From: Candidatus Babeliales bacterium
GTDB taxonomy: Bacteria > Babelota > Babeliae > Babelales > JANWKD01
Length of the DNA: 64,000 nt
Assembly (NCBI GenBank): GCA_963762115.1
Contig: CAVXJH010000003.1
Location: forward strand, 480,001 to 544,000
Reading direction: 5' to 3'
Shown: one piece after another, positions 60,863 through 64,000 of the stretch
How the letters are laid out: each line of letters starts with the position of its first letter
Numbering within the stretch: the stretch's first letter is position 1
Program-made: the position numbers and the translations under genes
Notes under the pieces: model-generated
The model's input: only the letters and a program-made list of their open reading frames with translations
What the model was told of the DNA's origin: nothing
Database searches by the model: none

Positions 60863-61600
60863 ATGAATAAAAAATATTTTGTTTTAACTTTTGTGATGAT
60901 CTGTTCTACTGGAATTGTGCAAACAAGTTTTGGCATGGAGGGCGAAAGGGAAAAAAAAGACGCTACCATGCATGAGAATGGAACATTTTACACAGATAAT
61001 GATGACGATACAACGCCAATAGAAAAACCAATGACATCGTTTGATAAAATAAGTTTGCGTATGCATGTATTAAATAATAATTTTGAAGAAATCTTTAAAA
61101 GACAAGATCAAGAAAAAACTACTCTTGGTATAATTCAAGCATCTGCTCTACGTGGAGTTTCAAATGGTATAGCAACTGTTGTTTCTCATTATTTTGTAAA
61201 GACAATTGATAAGGGCGTTGGTTATCTTTTTCCCTCAAAAGAAGATCTTCTGGTTCAAGAACATACTAAAAATGCAGAGAAAGCTAATTTACTTTTTGAA
61301 AAAATGCAATTGCATGCGGGATTGCTACAATTAAAAAAACAACAATTGGATGCTACAAATGATCCGAGAAAGAAAGCAATATTACAAGAAGAATATCTTC
61401 GATTCAAAAAAGCAGAAAAAATATTAAAAAAAGAACTCAAAAATTGGGAAGAAGCTTATCTTAATTCAATTTTGCAACACAAAAAACATAAAGCAAAACA
61501 ATCAAAAACAATTTTCAACAATCAAAATGGTGAACTCACAAAAGTCCAAGAGCAAAATAATAATTTTGATTCTGAATTAACAATTCATGAACAAGAATAA
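60863..61600 (+). CDS. Secreted coiled-coil protein
   Basis: Signal peptide ...TSFG-ME; basic patch HKKHKAK. Confidence 0.7.
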   Translation: MNKKYFVLTFVMICSTGIVQTSFGMEGEREKKDATMHENGTFYTDNDDDTTPIEKPMTSFDKISLRMHVLNNNFEEIFKRQDQEKTTLGIIQASALRGVSNGIATVVSHYFVKTIDKGVGYLFPSKEDLLVQEHTKNAEKANLLFEKMQLHAGLLQLKKQQLDATNDPRKKAILQEEYLRFKKAEKILKKELKNWEEAYLNSILQHKKHKAKQSKTIFNNQNGELTKVQEQNNNFDSELTIHEQE

Positions 61601-61624
61601 AATAGAAGTATAAAAAATAATAAA

Positions 61625-61666
61625 AAACCAGAGAGATCATCAAATAAACAGTGATCTCTCTGGTTT
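61625..61666. terminator. Hairpin between convergent genes
   Basis: AAACCAGAGAGATCA...TGATCTCTCTGGTTT, 15-bp perfect stem. Confidence 0.75.
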
Positions 61667-61693
61667 AAAGATTATAAAAAAATATCCGCCATA

Positions 61694-64000
61694 TTATTTT
61701 TTTCTATGCTGCAAACTATCAAGAACTATATTTATTTCATTATTTAATTTTTCATGATTACTCTGTACTTGTTGTGCTGAAATAGATTGCGATATTTGTT
61801 CAGAAACAGGTGGTAATCCTGATAAAGAATTTTGTATCCCTAAACTGCTTACACTTCTAGTATGCTCAGAAAACAGCCCTACAAAAAGAGGTTCTATTTC
61901 TATTATCTTATTCTGACTATTGGTTATACTTTCTTTTTTTTGAGCAAAAGTACTTTTATCTTTTTGCTCGTCAATCACAGGTAATACAGGTGCAGTATTT
62001 GATTTCAAGTTAGAATAATTTTGACTGTCATTATCACTTATCTTAGTATTAAACATATCCTTAAAATTCCAAGGTTTTTGATCGGTAAACAAAATATGTC
62101 GATTATTTAATTCTTTAACAAAATATTTTTTTCCATTAACTTCTATGGGCTTTTTCTTTGCATTATTAAGATATTCTAATATTGTCATTTTATTACCAAT
62201 CTTATAAGGAACATTTAAATCTGCTCCTTGTTCAATCAGGAGTTTTACAATGTCAGGATCAAAATCAATAAATGCATATTGCAATGGGGACATCTTACCA
62301 TCACTTACATTAACGTCAGCCCAATACTTTAATAAAAGTACTATTGCAGGTATGGATTTAGCCTTAATTGCATTTATTAATGCTGTACCTCCTTTATTAC
62401 ATGCATTTTGATTTATTCCCAAATCAAGAAAAATTTTAAGGAGTTGCAAATCTTCAGTACGAGCAGCGATCATAAATGTTGCAGCACAACTAACATCATT
62501 AATATCAGCACCATTAACAATTAAAAATTTTGCCGCCAAATCATTATACTTTTCAATTGCATATACTAAAGGTGTTTTATTGTAACGATCGCAAGCATTA
62601 ATCAATGCTCCTTTACTAATCAAATAATCGATTATTTCAAGGCAACCAAAATTTGCCGCATACATTAACGGCGTTATTTTATCATTATTAGTTGCATTTG
62701 GATTAGCACCATAATCAAGCAATAATTTAACAAACTCAAAATTCTTAAAGGTAATTGCATGCATTAGCAATGTTGAACTATCTTTATAACGTGTATCAAT
62801 ACTATTAGTTTTGGTTAATAAAAATTTAATAGCTCTTTCCAAATCAATATTCTCTTTGCACAGAACATCATGTGCTGTTTTAAAGTTCCCATTTATTAAT
62901 GCAATAACAAATTTTTTAAGATGAATATTATTTTCATTTGGTTGTTGATTTTCAACAGGAGCAGAAGCTTGTTCTTCTAAAATAGGTTGCACATCCACTG
63001 CAAGAGCACCATCAAGCACTTCAAGCTGTTGATTTGATTGGTCTCCGGCTGTGAAAACATCGTCATCTTTTTTTTCTAATTCTTCTTCATCAGAAATTTT
63101 TAACTCTGCGTCTTCATGATAACTATCTTCATCTGAAAATTCTAAGGTAGGCATTTCTTCCTGAGCTAGTTGCTCAATTTCCTTTAATTTTGCTCGCAAG
63201 AAATTTTCAACCTCACGATCCAAGAAATTTTCAACCTCATTATCTATGGTTTTTTTTTTATTTGCATGTAAGGGACTTGTTATTACCGTTTCATCTTCAA
63301 TTATAGCTCCCTGACTTACCAAATATTCAACTATCATAAGCGCACCTTTTTTGGCAGCAGAAAAGAGTAACCCATAATTTCTATAATCTTTGACGTTAAC
63401 ATCTGCACCAAGCTCCACCAATTTTTTAACTATATTCAAAATATTAACATTTTCAGGGGCATTTTTATCTAATATTGAAACATAATTTTCTATAACATAA
63501 AATAATGCACTTTTTCCCCATTTATCTTGAAAATTAACATCCAATTCTTCATCATTAAGAAGCAAATCAACAATTTCTTTCGTGCTATAACAAAGGGCAG
63601 TTATTAAGGGCACCGTGCCTTCTTTAGTCGTAGCATTAATATTCGCACCTTTTTCTAACAAAAGTTTTACAATCTCAAAATGCTTGCTTGATATAGCGAT
63701 CATGAGTGGCGTAACACGTCCTAAAATCCATAAATCAATAGCTATATTTTTATGATTAATTAATGCTTTTACAATCTCAATATGACCATAACCAACTGCC
63801 TTTGCTAAAATGGTGTAACCAGCAACATCTCGCGCATTAACATCAACTTTTGGATCATTAATTAATGCAACGAAGGTTTCAAGGTCATTATTAAAAACTG
63901 CCATCATTAAAGATGACCATTCCTTACCAATTTGAGCTCGTTTTTTCCCTGCTGCTTTTTCTTGTAATTCTTTTTTTACTATTTCATCTAATATTCTTTT
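61694..64000 (-). CDS. Ankyrin-repeat protein, 5' end outside window
   Basis: Frame stays open 31 codons beyond the listed ATG to the window edge; two ankyrin blocks with acidic linker, similar to 35706. Confidence 0.88.
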   Translation of the reverse strand, partial: KRILDEIVKKELQEKAAGKKRAQIGKEWSSLMMAVFNNDLETFVALINDPKVDVNARDVAGYTILAKAVGYGHIEIVKALINHKNIAIDLWILGRVTPLMIAISSKHFEIVKLLLEKGANINATTKEGTVPLITALCYSTKEIVDLLLNDEELDVNFQDKWGKSALFYVIENYVSILDKNAPENVNILNIVKKLVELGADVNVKDYRNYGLLFSAAKKGALMIVEYLVSQGAIIEDETVITSPLHANKKKTIDNEVENFLDREVENFLRAKLKEIEQLAQEEMPTLEFSDEDSYHEDAELKISDEEELEKKDDDVFTAGDQSNQQLEVLDGALAVDVQPILEEQASAPVENQQPNENNIHLKKFVIALINGNFKTAHDVLCKENIDLERAIKFLLTKTNSIDTRYKDSSTLLMHAITFKNFEFVKLLLDYGANPNATNNDKITPLMYAANFGCLEIIDYLISKGALINACDRYNKTPLVYAIEKYNDLAAKFLIVNGADINDVSCAATFMIAARTEDLQLLKIFLDLGINQNACNKGGTALINAIKAKSIPAIVLLLKYWADVNVSDGKMSPLQYAFIDFDPDIVKLLIEQGADLNVPYKIGNKMTILEYLNNAKKKPIEVNGKKYFVKELNNRHILFTDQKPWNFKDMFNTKISDNDSQNYSNLKSNTAPVLPVIDEQKDKSTFAQKKESITNSQNKIIEIEPLFVGLFSEHTRSVSSLGIQNSLSGLPPVSEQISQSISAQQVQSNHEKLNNEINIVLDSLQHRKK

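Noticed and set aside
63198..63239. 24-bp-period duplication (EVENFLDR EVENFL)
   Set aside because: Simple in-frame slippage in an ankyrin linker with no further structure

Overview
AT-rich bacterial chromosome window. Gene content (many signal-peptide ankyrin, coiled-coil and C2H2 proteins, uptake transporters, split ATP synthase) suggests an intracellular parasite of protists, most likely Candidatus Dependentiae/Babelota (inference, no marker gene tested). Housekeeping genes include potABCD, an Omp85-family gene, gltX, rpsU, rbfA, pilD, a type IV pilin, folC-like, atpI-atpB-atpE, sufU, nurA, sufS, cysK-like, fadD-like, tmk and holB-like. Main observations: (1) an intact IS110-family element (33873-35085) whose left end encodes a readable bridge RNA, with four guide segments matching its own circle junction and its insertion site in a host palindromic repeat, plus a promoter formed only on circularisation; (2) a GIY-YIG nuclease gene enclosed by 56-bp inverted repeats, with nuclease-free copies of the same repeats elsewhere, a candidate nuclease-driven REP/REPIN-like system; (3) a modular 320-410 bp hairpin repeat in three copies; (4) an ATP synthase c subunit made of four fused hairpins (E/Q/E/D); (5) candidate effectors with a CaaX box or C2H2 fingers. 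No rRNA, tRNA or CRISPR array was recognised.
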